Positions 1-9,219 are shown, counted from the stretch's first letter. The stretch: 34,748 nt of DNA from Thermomicrobiales bacterium (GCA_036280495.1 DASUQU010000036.1:1-34748), one strand, 5' to 3'. Notes: generated by a model not told the origin, from the sequence alone. Numbers and translations: made by a program.

Positions 1-1902
1 GCTGCTCTCGCTAAGGCTGATCGAGAGCAACAGGTCGGTGTCGTGGGGTTGAAAGGGCGAGCAAACTACCTCTGTTTGCGAAAATGGTTCCCCTGGGAGC
101 GCCAGCCCTCACTCGAACCGAACGAAGCCCGACTCAAGGCCAAGATCCTGGCGTGGCTGCCCCAGACGACGACCGGGGACCGCGCTGAGCTCAGTCTGAC
201 CGGCGGCGAGGAACATTTCTGGCGCCAGATTGCGGAAGAAGAAGGTGCCTGTGACCCGGGAGCATGTGTCTTCCACCAGCGGGGGCAGTGTTTTCTCTTT
301 CGGGCACGGCGGGCCGCCGAGAGCGCGCACCTGGTAGTGGTGAACCACGCGCTGCTCTTGACCGACGCGGCGTCGAGCAATCGCATTCTTCCCGATTATG
401 ACGCGCTCGTCGTCGACGAAGCACACCATCTAGAAGATCAGGCGACCGCGCAGTTCACGGTCACGTTGAGCGAGCGGAATCTCACCGAGTATGCCGAGGC
501 GGTCGCCAACAATGAGGGCGCGGTGGTGGCGGGCGTGGCTGCCGGCGCCGTGGCGTTTCTTATGGGCGCTGCCGCGGACAGCGCAGGGCAAAAACGGGCG
601 CGACTGGCTCGTGAGCGTCTGGACGATGCACTCGCTGCGTCAGATTCGATTCGTTCCGCGGCTCGAGACCTCTTCTCGGCACTGGAATACATCCAAGTCG
701 AATCAGGAGCCGGCAACGGCGGTGGCGAGCGTGCCTGCCGGGTGACCTCGGCCACTCGCTCCTCACCCGGATGGCAAACCGTCGATGACGCGTGGGATCG
801 GTTACTCGAAGGGCTTCGTTCGGCTGAGTCGGCGCTTCGGTGGTTCGCTTCAGCAGTCGACGAGGTGGACGATGTGGCCATTGCCGATCTCGCCGAGGCC
901 GGCGAGCGCCAGGAGTTGCTGCTGAGCGATCTGGCGAACACGATTCGTATCGGCACCGAGTTGGTAGCCAAGTTCACCGCCGCACTCGATGCCCCCGAAG
1001 CTGGTCGAGTGTTCTGGCTCGAACGGCAAGGAGCCCTCGATCGGATCGTCTTTCGCTCCGCTCCGCTCGACGTGAGCGGTCTCCTGCAGGACCGCCTCTT
1101 CAAGAAACCGAGAGCGGCCATTCTGACGTCTGCGACGCTCGCAGTCGACGGACACTGCGACTACCTCGCATCACGGCTCGGCATCCCGGATGCCTCCTCG
1201 TTGATCGTGCCGTCTCCCTTCGACTACAGATCGTCGGTACTTCTCTATTTGACCGATGACACGCCGGAGCCGACCCAGCCCGACTATCGCGACGTGCTGG
1301 AGCGGGCGTTGATCGACGTCATCGAGGCCACGCGGGGTCGCGCTCTCGTGTTGTTCACGTCTCATGCGCTGCTCAGTGACATGGCGATATCGATCACGGG
1401 GCCATTGCAGGATCGGGGCATCACCGTGCTTGCGCAGCGACGGGATGGCTCGCCTCAGCAGTTGACGGAACGTCTCAGGCGAGAGACGAATGTCGCGGTT
1501 CTTGGCACCGCCTCGTTCTGGGAAGGTGTCGATGTTGCGGGTGAGGCGCTGAGCTTGTTAGTCATCACCCGTCTCCCGTTCACGGTGCCAACCGATCCAG
1601 TATTCGCCGCCCGTAGTGAAGCCTTCGAGGATGCGTTTGTCGGCTACGCCGTGCCCCAAGCGGTTCTACGGTTCAAACAGGGATTTGGTCGACTGATCCG
1701 GTCCAGCCGGGATCGGGGGGTGTGCGCAGTGCTCGATCGGCGAATCTTGACGAAGCGTTATGGGGCCACGTTCCTGCAGTCTCTTCCAGAATGCTCGGTT
1801 GAAGTCGGAAGCGTTCTCGATCTTCCTGGCTCGGCTCACAACTGGCTCGAGACAGCGCGCGAGCCGCAGCCAACCGGTCGCCGGTCGTTGAAAAGCGCGT
1901 GA
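1..1902 (+). CDS. dinG: DinG-family (Rad3-like SF2) ATP-dependent DNA helicase, 5' end outside the window
   Basis: Frame 1 is open from base 1, with no stop before the ORF-track ATG at 43, so the gene enters from upstream. It has a DEAH box (VVDEAHHLED), TSATL, and C-terminal helicase motifs (GTASFWEGVDV, FKQGFGRLIRSSRDRG) typical of DinG/XPD-type helicases. Confidence 0.8.
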   Translation, partial: AALAKADREQQVGVVGLKGRANYLCLRKWFPWERQPSLEPNEARLKAKILAWLPQTTTGDRAELSLTGGEEHFWRQIAEEEGACDPGACVFHQRGQCFLFRARRAAESAHLVVVNHALLLTDAASSNRILPDYDALVVDEAHHLEDQATAQFTVTLSERNLTEYAEAVANNEGAVVAGVAAGAVAFLMGAAADSAGQKRARLARERLDDALAASDSIRSAARDLFSALEYIQVESGAGNGGGERACRVTSATRSSPGWQTVDDAWDRLLEGLRSAESALRWFASAVDEVDDVAIADLAEAGERQELLLSDLANTIRIGTELVAKFTAALDAPEAGRVFWLERQGALDRIVFRSAPLDVSGLLQDRLFKKPRAAILTSATLAVDGHCDYLASRLGIPDASSLIVPSPFDYRSSVLLYLTDDTPEPTQPDYRDVLERALIDVIEATRGRALVLFTSHALLSDMAISITGPLQDRGITVLAQRRDGSPQQLTERLRRETNVAVLGTASFWEGVDVAGEALSLLVITRLPFTVPTDPVFAARSEAFEDAFVGYAVPQAVLRFKQGFGRLIRSSRDRGVCAVLDRRILTKRYGATFLQSLPECSVEVGSVLDLPGSAHNWLETAREPQPTGRRSLKSA

Positions 1903-1910
1903 GGAGTGAT

Positions 1911-2894
1911 ATGGAACAAGAAATTGGGAGAAATCTCGCGCTCGAGCTCGTCCGTGTCACCGAGGCGGCCGCGCTGACCGCAGGTCGATGGATGGGTCGA
2001 GGACAGAAAGAAGCGGCCGATCAGGCGGCTGTCGATGCCATGCGGATGGTGCTGAACACGATCCCAATGGACGGTGTTGTCGTTATCGGCGAAGGGGCGA
2101 AAGACAAAGCCCCGATGTTGTTCGAAGGCGAGCACCTCGGCTGTGCCGACGAACCGAAAACCGACATCGCGGTCGACCCGATTGACGGAACGCGGTTGCT
2201 CTCGCAGGGGATGGCAAACTCGATCTCGACCGTAGCGGTCTCCGAGCGCGGCACGATGTTCGAGTCGCCATACGTTGCCTACATGGACAAGATCGCCGTC
2301 GGCCCGGAAGCGGCGGACGCGATCGACATCAATGCCTCTGTCGCGACGAACCTGGAGAATGTTGCCCGTGCGCTGAGACGGGATATCCGCGACCTGGCCG
2401 TCGTCATGCTCGACCGGCCGCGACACGAGACGCTCGCGCAGCAAATTCGCGAGGCAGGAGCGCGCATTCGGTTCATCACGGATGGTGACGTTGCAGGGGC
2501 AGTTATGGCCGCGACCCCCGGCACCGGAATCGACATCCTGATGGGAATTGGTGGAGCGCCCGAGGCGGTCGTCGCGGCCTGCGCCATCCGTTGTGTTGGC
2601 GGAGAGATGCAGTGCAAGCTCTGGCCGCGGAACGAGGAAGAATGGGCCGCCGTCAACGCTCATGGGATCGACGTTTCGCGCGTCTTGACCACGACGGACC
2701 TCGTCCGCAGCGACGATGTCTTCTTCGCCGCGACCGGAATAACTGACGGGGAATTGCTTCGCGGGGTTCATTATTTCGGCGGCGGCGCGACGACACAATC
2801 GATCGTGATGCGCTCTCGCTTCGGCACAACCCGCCGCATCGACACCGTGCACCGGCCCAGCAAACTCGATGTGTACGGCGTTCCGATCGGATAG
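1911..2894 (+). CDS. glpX: Fructose-1,6-bisphosphatase class II (GlpX)
   Basis: Colinear resemblance to GlpX over the whole length (RVTEAAALTAGRWMGRGQKEAADQAAVDAMR, DIAVDPIDGT, FITDGDVAGA, GIGGAPEAVVAA, FFAATGITDG). ATG 1911 follows GAGGAG at 1901-1906. The ORF-track GTG at 1899 overlaps the dinG stop and is less likely. Confidence 0.9.
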   Translation: MEQEIGRNLALELVRVTEAAALTAGRWMGRGQKEAADQAAVDAMRMVLNTIPMDGVVVIGEGAKDKAPMLFEGEHLGCADEPKTDIAVDPIDGTRLLSQGMANSISTVAVSERGTMFESPYVAYMDKIAVGPEAADAIDINASVATNLENVARALRRDIRDLAVVMLDRPRHETLAQQIREAGARIRFITDGDVAGAVMAATPGTGIDILMGIGGAPEAVVAACAIRCVGGEMQCKLWPRNEEEWAAVNAHGIDVSRVLTTTDLVRSDDVFFAATGITDGELLRGVHYFGGGATTQSIVMRSRFGTTRRIDTVHRPSKLDVYGVPIG

Positions 2895-2981
2895 AAGGCG
2901 ACCAAAGCTTTGCCGAGAACCGATATCCCGGGCGAGCAGGGGATGGCTCATGAATTCATGCGCCGTCAAAAATGCCGTTTG

Positions 2982-3010
2982 TTGACGCGCGTCGCGCGCG
3001 GTGCTAAAGT
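2982..3010 (+). promoter_or_regulatory. Candidate sigma-70-type promoter for rho (TTGACG-17 nt-TAAAGT)
   Basis: By-eye hexamer match: TTGACG at 2982-2987, a 17-nt spacer, TAAAGT at 3005-3010. It lies in the 354-nt glpX-rho intergenic region. Confidence 0.4.
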
Positions 3011-3248
3011 AAGGTCACCGCGCCGGGGGCAATTTCAAACCTCGCCCTCCGCCGTTTTCTCTCCTCTTGTTGGAGCGCCGGACATTGCAGTGCCCCTCTC
3101 TTCATGTGTCTGAAGAATCGTGTGCCGTATCGGCGTTGCGATGGCAATCCAACTCGTCGACCGTCGTGAGACGAACAGCGAATGGTTTGCGCGGCAGTGA
3201 GAATGCTCAGCCAAGTGGAAGCGTGATTCAGTCCTCCTCTGCAAGTGC

Positions 3249-5114
3249 ATGTGCGTGGACATGGAGGGAATTCTGTTGACCGTCGAAGAGACAGTCGAAT
3301 TGGCGCCTGTGTCGACCCCTGCGCCTCGCCGCAGAGCCCCGCGCCGTCGGGTAGCGGAGGAGCCGGCCGCGGAGAGCACGGGAGATGGAGTCGCCGAGCA
3401 AGAGGCGGTCGCGACTCTGGAATCGTCGCCGGAGCGCGCGCCAGTTCAAGAAGTAATTGCCCCTGAATCGAGCAATGAACCCATTGCTCTGGGTGATCCG
3501 GAGGTAGCGGTTTCCGCGGCGCCCGCCCAAGAGTCGGACGTTCAGTCGACGAATGCGGCCACAGCAGAGGCACGGGAGATCGCCGCAGCAGTCTGGGCTC
3601 CAGCGCCGGATGCACCCCCGGTCGATCGTCCTGCCGAATCAACCGGAGATGGTCGAGCTGACCTCAATCAGCGCAATCGCCCGCGGGATGGTCGGGGACG
3701 GCGCGATCGCGGTCCGCGGCCCGCTCCGGGCGAGCGGTCCAACGGCACCGAGCGCTTTGCCGGGGACGGTCGGGACGGCCGGCAGGCTGGTTACGGTCAG
3801 CCCCGCCCGCGGAACGGTGCGCCATACGCCGCACAGCCTGCTCACACGCGGACCGGTCCACCCCATTTGACGATCGCCGAGCTCGAGGCGAAGACGGCCG
3901 AGGAGCTGGCCGAGATGGCCAGAGAGCTGGAGATTCCGTCCTTTAGCCGCCTGCCGAAGCAAGAACAAATGGTGCGGCTGCTGCGCGCACAGACGGAAAA
4001 AGACGGTCAGATCTTCGGCGACGGCATCCTCGAGATCATCGAAGACGGATTCGGTTTTCTGCGCGGCCCGCGATTCCTTCCCGGTCCGGATGACATCTAC
4101 GTCTCACAATCGCAGATTCGTCGCTTCGGTCTGCGCACCGGCGACCGCATCAGTGGGCAGGTACGGCCACCGAAGGACAACGAGAAGTTCTTCAGCCTGC
4201 TCCGCGTGGAGGCGGTCAACGGCATCGACGCGGAAACCGCGCGGCGGCGTCCGTCGTTCGACTCGCTGACCCCAATCTTTCCTCTGGAGCTGATCAATCT
4301 CGAGACGGCGCCAAATATCCTCTCGACCCGGTTGCTCAACCTGGTAGCACCGATCGGCCGGGGGCAGCGCGGTCTCATTGTTTCACCACCGAAAGCCGGC
4401 AAGACCATGCTGCTGAAGGCGATCGCGAACGGGATCAGCACGAACTGCCCGGACATCCATCTGATGGTCTGCCTCATCGGCGAGCGCCCTGAGGAAGTGA
4501 CCGACATGCGCCGGTCGATCGAAGGTGAAGTGATCTCATCGACGTTCGATGAGCCGGTGGAAGACCACACCAAAGTCGCGGAGATGGCGCTCGAGCGTGC
4601 CAAGCGGCTCGTCGAAGGTGGTCGAGACGTGGTTATCCTGCTCGACTCGATCACTCGACTGGCGCGGGCCTATAACCTCGCCGTGCCACCGAGTGGCCGC
4701 ACCCTTTCCGGTGGTATCGATCCCGTCGCCCTCTACCCGCCCAAGCGCTTCTTCGGCGCTGCCCGGAACATCGAGGGTGGTGGCAGCTTGACGGTGGTCT
4801 CCACCTGCTTGATCGACACCGGCAGCCGGATGGATGACGTCATCTACGAAGAGTTCAAGGGCACCGGGAATATGGAGTTGCATCTGGACCGCAAACTTGC
4901 GGAACGGCGCATCTATCCGTCGATTGATATCCAGCGCTCCGGAACACGGCGGGAAGAGCTTCTGCTCGATGAATCGACGTTGCGTCAGGTCTGGACGATG
5001 CGGCGGATGGTCTCGATGCTCGGCGGAAGTGAGGGCACCGAGCTCCTTCTAAGCCGGTTGTCAAAGACGCAGGCGAACGACGAGTTCCTCGAGACACTGA
5101 ACAAGGACGTGTAG
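3249..5114 (+). CDS. rho: Transcription termination factor Rho with a long low-complexity N-terminal extension
   Basis: Canonical Rho sequence runs from residue ~207: N-terminal helix bundle ([26 protein letters not shown]), OB-fold RNA-binding region ([14 protein letters not shown]), Walker A (PPKAGKT), [13 protein letters not shown], and C-terminal [19 protein letters not shown]. The start is ambiguous. Candidates are ATG 3249, ATG 3261 and in-frame TTG 3276, the last lying 7 nt after GGAGGG (3263-3268). An in-frame TTG at 3867 would give a canonical-length protein but has no SD. Confidence 0.92.
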   Translation: MCVDMEGILLTVEETVELAPVSTPAPRRRAPRRRVAEEPAAESTGDGVAEQEAVATLESSPERAPVQEVIAPESSNEPIALGDPEVAVSAAPAQESDVQSTNAATAEAREIAAAVWAPAPDAPPVDRPAESTGDGRADLNQRNRPRDGRGRRDRGPRPAPGERSNGTERFAGDGRDGRQAGYGQPRPRNGAPYAAQPAHTRTGPPHLTIAELEAKTAEELAEMARELEIPSFSRLPKQEQMVRLLRAQTEKDGQIFGDGILEIIEDGFGFLRGPRFLPGPDDIYVSQSQIRRFGLRTGDRISGQVRPPKDNEKFFSLLRVEAVNGIDAETARRRPSFDSLTPIFPLELINLETAPNILSTRLLNLVAPIGRGQRGLIVSPPKAGKTMLLKAIANGISTNCPDIHLMVCLIGERPEEVTDMRRSIEGEVISSTFDEPVEDHTKVAEMALERAKRLVEGGRDVVILLDSITRLARAYNLAVPPSGRTLSGGIDPVALYPPKRFFGAARNIEGGGSLTVVSTCLIDTGSRMDDVIYEEFKGTGNMELHLDRKLAERRIYPSIDIQRSGTRREELLLDESTLRQVWTMRRMVSMLGGSEGTELLLSRLSKTQANDEFLETLNKDV

Positions 5115-5125
5115 CGACTTCTGCA

Positions 5126-5146
5126 CGACTCGCTAGCTCTGAGTCG
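5126..5146. terminator. Weak hairpin between convergent rho and the asparaginase-family gene (possible bidirectional terminator)
   Basis: CGACTC (5126-5131) pairs with GAGTCG (5141-5146) around a 9-nt loop. There is no U-tract on either side. It sits in the 37-nt gap between convergent stop codons. Confidence 0.2.
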
Positions 5147-5151
5147 AGGCC

Positions 5152-6102
5152 CTAACCGGTACTCGAAGTAGAGGCATCAGTCGGCGGCACGAACGTGCGT
5201 TCCAGCTCGACGATGTCGTTTTCGGCGCCGGACATGGCGATGTACGTTTTCCCGGGTGCGGTCGAGACTGCGGAATGGCGGCCGTCCCGGTCGACAGCGA
5301 TGATATTGACTTCGCTGCGGTACTCGTCTGGAAGCCGGTGGAGATCCTCGGCCGCCTTTCGCAGCGCGTCGGCCAGTGGCATTCCGCAGCGCATGAACGT
5401 CACCACGCTGTGAGCGGTGCAGCATCGCTGCGCCATTTCACCGCGACCAGTGCAGGTCGCAGCACCCCAGCGGTTGTCAACATAGTTGCCGGCGCCGATG
5501 ATCGGGGAGTCGCCGACTCGGCCAGGGAACTTCCAGGCCCATCCCGAGGTGCTCACACCGCTCGCTAGGTTGCCGGCGGCATCGCGGGCGATGACATTGA
5601 CGGTACCGTGCGCGTCGTGCGGGCGTTCCGGGTCCCGGCTCAATCGCCCGGCAAGATCTCGCATCTTCTCGCGATAGGCGTGTGCGGTCCCAACCTCAGT
5701 AAAGGGTGATTCCCAGATGACGCGTGCTTCCGGCGTCAGCAGATCCTGAGGCGGGAACCCGGCCTCGCCGGCGAGGCGGCCCGCGCCCGACCCAACCACC
5801 AGGACGTGTGGCAGCTCGTCCATGACGACGCGAGCCAGGGCGATGGCGTCCTGATACCCGTGCAAGGCCGCCACGGCGCCTGTGGCGAGGGTGCGGCCGT
5901 CCATGAGGCTGGCATCGAGCTCGACCTCACCCTCCAGGTTCGGCAGGCCTCCGAACCCGACTGAGTGGTCGTCCGGGTTCGCCTCGACTTTCCGGATCAC
6001 GGCGACGACCGCGTCGATGGCTGATCCTCCCGATTGGAGAATGGCCATCCCGTCGCAGAAACCGACGTGGGCATTGACGCTGCCGACGAGAAGGAGACTC
6101 AT
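5152..6102 (-). CDS. Ntn-hydrolase of the isoaspartyl peptidase / L-asparaginase (glycosylasparaginase) family
   Basis: Family-typical motifs: autoprocessing and nucleophile region HGTVNVIARD, GDSPIIGAGNY, TGRGE. Its start overlaps the upstream gene's stop in ATGA (6099-6102). Confidence 0.8.
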   Translation of the reverse strand: MSLLLVGSVNAHVGFCDGMAILQSGGSAIDAVVAVIRKVEANPDDHSVGFGGLPNLEGEVELDASLMDGRTLATGAVAALHGYQDAIALARVVMDELPHVLVVGSGAGRLAGEAGFPPQDLLTPEARVIWESPFTEVGTAHAYREKMRDLAGRLSRDPERPHDAHGTVNVIARDAAGNLASGVSTSGWAWKFPGRVGDSPIIGAGNYVDNRWGAATCTGRGEMAQRCCTAHSVVTFMRCGMPLADALRKAAEDLHRLPDEYRSEVNIIAVDRDGRHSAVSTAPGKTYIAMSGAENDIVELERTFVPPTDASTSSTG

Positions 6103-7163
6103 GGGCTCGGAGCCGAGAGCGCGGAGTCTAATTTCCCGCTCCCGGATAGCACGCGGGCAACCTCGTCTATGGCGAACTCGGGCAGCGGTCGTCTCTCCCC
6201 AGCGTCAATGATCGACGCTTCCGCTGGATCCTCGGTCAGTCTTCCCACGACACTGATCGGAATTCCAGCTGCTTCGACGTCGCGCAAGATGGCCAGCACA
6301 CCCGCTGGTCGCGCGGCGATCAGCAGTGATCCGGACGCGAGCATCCCCAGCGGATCGAGATCGAGTGCTTCCGCGACGACACGGGTTTCATCCAGAATTG
6401 GTATCGCTTCGGCGTCGATTTCAACCCCTGTCCGCGAGACAATCGCCAGCTCGCGCACCGCGGTAGCGAAGCCACCTTCGGTGGGATCATGCAGAGCGGT
6501 AACCTCGCCGGTGCGCCGAGCAATTTCGGCCTCCGCCACGATGGAGATTCCGGGTTGGTCCAGCAGGCGCGCGGCGGCGCGAACCGTGACCTCGCCAAGT
6601 CGCTCCTGCAGTACGTCGGCGCGCTCTCTCGCCAAGAGAGCCGTTCCCTCGATCGCGAGTCCCTTCGTGACCAGGAGGACATCCCCGGGCCGGGCCTCCC
6701 CGGGCCGCACCAGCTCGCCAGGAGCTGTGTCGCCGAGCATCATGCCGACGAGAATCGGCCGCGCCAGTCCCGGCACGATCTCAGTGTGCCCGCCGATCAG
6801 CTCGACGGAGCGGTGTCTGCAGGTCTCTCGCAACTCAGCAAACTGATTGAGCACGTCCGCCGGGGTTACTCCATGGGGTAAGAGAGCTGTAACCAGGAGC
6901 CACCTCGGCGTGGCTCCCATGCATGCGACGTCGTTGGCGTTGACTTCGACGAGATGGGCCACACCTCCCTCGGAGGCAAAGGTGATGGGATCGTTCTTCG
7001 CCACAATGACGCGATCGCCAACGGTAACAGCTGCCGCATCTCGTCCCAGTCCGGGACCGACCAGGATGTCGGGATCGCGGGCTGACCCGGGTAGTACCTT
7101 GCGCAGAAGCCAGCCGGGTAATTTCCCGGCCGGAAGCGGTTCGAGCATGGCGCGATGGTTCAT
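6099..7163 (-). CDS. AIR synthase-related protein (PurM/ThiL/HypE/SelD superfamily), specific function unknown
   Basis: PurM-like N-domain signature (GRDAAAV..., VAKNDP, NDVACMGATPRW, ELIGGHTE) followed by a PurM-like C-domain. It lacks the C-terminal Cys of true HypE and the N-terminal Cys/Sec region of SelD. Confidence 0.7.
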   Translation of the reverse strand: MNHRAMLEPLPAGKLPGWLLRKVLPGSARDPDILVGPGLGRDAAAVTVGDRVIVAKNDPITFASEGGVAHLVEVNANDVACMGATPRWLLVTALLPHGVTPADVLNQFAELRETCRHRSVELIGGHTEIVPGLARPILVGMMLGDTAPGELVRPGEARPGDVLLVTKGLAIEGTALLARERADVLQERLGEVTVRAAARLLDQPGISIVAEAEIARRTGEVTALHDPTEGGFATAVRELAIVSRTGVEIDAEAIPILDETRVVAEALDLDPLGMLASGSLLIAARPAGVLAILRDVEAAGIPISVVGRLTEDPAEASIIDAGERRPLPEFAIDEVARVLSGSGKLDSALSAPSP

Positions 7164-7214
7164 GGTCGTCGCGCCTCTGGCAAGGGCGCCGCGAGGCAGC
7201 GTAGTTGCGATGCT

Positions 7215-7517
7215 CTACGAGGCATCGGCGTGCCAGGAGTCGTCACTGCTCGTTTTGCGGTTGCTCCCGGCTCGCACCGGGTTCCCGGCATCGAGTGCGC
7301 TAATGCGCAGCTCCGCTTGCTCGAGAAGCTGAGAACAACGGCGCATCAGGCCGAGTCCAGCCTCATACCAAGCTAGGGACTCGTCCATGGTCAGGCGTCC
7401 CCGCTCCAGATGCTCGACCACCAGTTCGAGCGCCGCAAGCGTCTCTTCAAATGCTCCGACTTTGGCTAGGGTGCTGATCGTTTCCAACGAGGGCGGACTA
7501 TCTGCAGGACCATTCAT
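7215..7517 (-). CDS. xseB: Exodeoxyribonuclease VII small subunit
   Basis: 100 aa with the XseB-like helical core FEETLAALELVVEHLERGRLTMDESLAWYEAGLGLMRRC. ATGA overlap with the xseA stop at 7514-7517. Confidence 0.85.
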   Translation of the reverse strand: MNGPADSPPSLETISTLAKVGAFEETLAALELVVEHLERGRLTMDESLAWYEAGLGLMRRCSQLLEQAELRISALDAGNPVRAGSNRKTSSDDSWHADAS

Positions 7518-8746
7518 TGGTTGGTCACCATCGTTGGCGAACAGGGCACGGCGGACTCCACGCTTGAGTTCAGGGTTCCATCCGCCATAAGAGCAACGAT
7601 TCGTGTGCCAGGTTCTGCCTGGCTGACGCTGAAGATCGGCCGGCCATCACTGCCGCGTTGCAGCGCCGCGTAGCCGCGTTGAAGCACCGCTGCGGGATCG
7701 AGCGCGGAAAGCATGGCGTCGAAAACCGCGACGCTCTGCCTACTCCGTGAAAACGTGTCCGACACGACCCCACGCATGCGAATTGCGGCCGATTCGATTT
7801 CGATTCGACGCTCTCGTAGCCCTGGAACAGGGCCTGCCGCAATCAGCCGGTGGGAAGCAGCGAGTAGCGCCGCCTCAGCGTCGCCTCGCTTCGTCGCCAA
7901 CGACCAGACCAGACGAGACTCGAGCGCATGCAAGCGCTCGCTCAAGTCTGAGATCGATGGGACACAGAGTTCCGCGGCCGCCGATGGTGTCGGCGCAACG
8001 ACGTCGGCGACATCTTCGACCAGTGTCCGATCGGTCGCGTGACCAACACCGGCCACGACCGGGACGCGGAAGGCGAACACCGCCCGGACGACCCGTTCGT
8101 CGTTGAACGCGGACAGGTCGTCAGCGGCACCGCCGCCGCGAGCAAGGATGACGACGTCGACGTCTGCTTGGTCTTGTAGTGTCTGCAGTGCCCGCACGAT
8201 GCTCTCTGCGGCGCCATCGCCCTGCACTTGCGCCGGTGACAGCACCAGGTCGGCCAGGGGATAGCGCCGGGCAACGACCTGGACGATGTCGTGCCAGGCG
8301 GCGCCATGTAACGAGGTCACGACGCCGACCGTGCCGGGCGTTGTCGGCAGCGGGCGCTTGCGGAGCGGATCGAAGAGTCCCTCAGCTTCAAGTCGCTGCC
8401 GGAGGTACTCCAGCTCGAGCGAGGCTGCCCCGAGCCCGGCGGGCTGAATGAGGTCAGCGACAAGCTGGATAGCGCCGGAACGCGGATAGATCGACAGCCC
8501 GCCATGCACGACGACCTGGTCACCAAACCTCAGCGGGTGATGCTGCCGAAGCGCCTGTCCGCGAAACATTACGCACTTCAGACAACCGTCGTCGTCTCGC
8601 AGCGTGAAGTAGACATGCCCCGCCGACGACCGACTGACATCACTGATCTCGCCTTCCAGCCAGAGATCCGTATAGATCGGATCTGACTCCAGCGCCTCCC
8701 GAAAGAGGCTGACGAATGCGCCAACCGGCAGCAGCCTGGTGGTCAT
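7514..8746 (-). CDS. xseA: Exodeoxyribonuclease VII large subunit
   Basis: N-terminal OB fold (WLEGEISDVSRSSAGHVYFTLRDDDGCLKCVMFRG), catalytic region (GVVTS..., ILARGGG) and a C-terminal coiled region. ATGA overlap with the accB stop at 8743-8746. Confidence 0.9.
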   Translation of the reverse strand: MTTRLLPVGAFVSLFREALESDPIYTDLWLEGEISDVSRSSAGHVYFTLRDDDGCLKCVMFRGQALRQHHPLRFGDQVVVHGGLSIYPRSGAIQLVADLIQPAGLGAASLELEYLRQRLEAEGLFDPLRKRPLPTTPGTVGVVTSLHGAAWHDIVQVVARRYPLADLVLSPAQVQGDGAAESIVRALQTLQDQADVDVVILARGGGAADDLSAFNDERVVRAVFAFRVPVVAGVGHATDRTLVEDVADVVAPTPSAAAELCVPSISDLSERLHALESRLVWSLATKRGDAEAALLAASHRLIAAGPVPGLRERRIEIESAAIRMRGVVSDTFSRSRQSVAVFDAMLSALDPAAVLQRGYAALQRGSDGRPIFSVSQAEPGTRIVALMADGTLNSSVESAVPCSPTMVTNQ

Positions 8747-9219
8747 CCGCGATCGCTCCTGCCAGCCCCAAGCCGCATCAGCGGCGAACCATATTCAACT
8801 GGTTGTCCGTTCCCAACGAGAATCGCCTCGACCACGCCAGCCCGGTCAGCGGCGATCTCGTTCATGATCTTCATCGCTTCGATTATGCCGATCGTCTGTC
8901 CAACATAAACCTCATCGCCCTCGACCACGAACGGCTGCGCTCCGGGCGTCGGTGCGGCGTAGAACGTGCCGATCATCGGAGCCGTAATCAAGATCTCCGG
9001 CGAGGTCGATTCGGTTGTCGCCACCGGTTGGTTGTCCAGCCGCATCTCGCCGCCGTCATGGTCCGGCGCCGGACGGCGCAGCCGCACCGAAACGTCTCCC
9101 AAATCGAGATCCAACTCCGTGATCGAAGACTGGCGCATGACCGTGGCGAGGGACTGCACCAGATCGGCGACCTGTTCTGGGTCCGGCGGTCCCGGTTCTG
9201 AGCCGCTCGGCTGGGTCAC
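8743..9219 (-). CDS. accB: Biotin carboxyl carrier protein (BCCP, AccB-like)
   Basis: C-terminal biotinyl domain with the biotin-attachment motif EAMKIMNEI, preceded by a Pro/Ala-rich linker. The GTG start directly abuts the efp stop (TAG-GTG). Confidence 0.8.
   Translation of the reverse strand: MTQPSGSEPGPPDPEQVADLVQSLATVMRQSSITELDLDLGDVSVRLRRPAPDHDGGEMRLDNQPVATTESTSPEILITAPMIGTFYAAPTPGAQPFVVEGDEVYVGQTIGIIEAMKIMNEIAADRAGVVEAILVGNGQPVEYGSPLMRLGAGRSDRG

Noticed and set aside
1836-2969. 377-aa minus-strand ORF covering the whole of glpX
   Set aside because: It is antisense to a gene with unmistakable GlpX similarity. Its composition is Arg/Gly/Pro/Ser/His-rich with no recognisable motifs. 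This is the usual shadow ORF of a GC-rich genome.
2910-3113. 67-aa plus-strand ORF in the glpX-rho intergenic region
   Set aside because: It spans the predicted rho promoter and the C-rich leader tract. It has no SD and no recognisable family, so it is more plausibly non-coding leader sequence.
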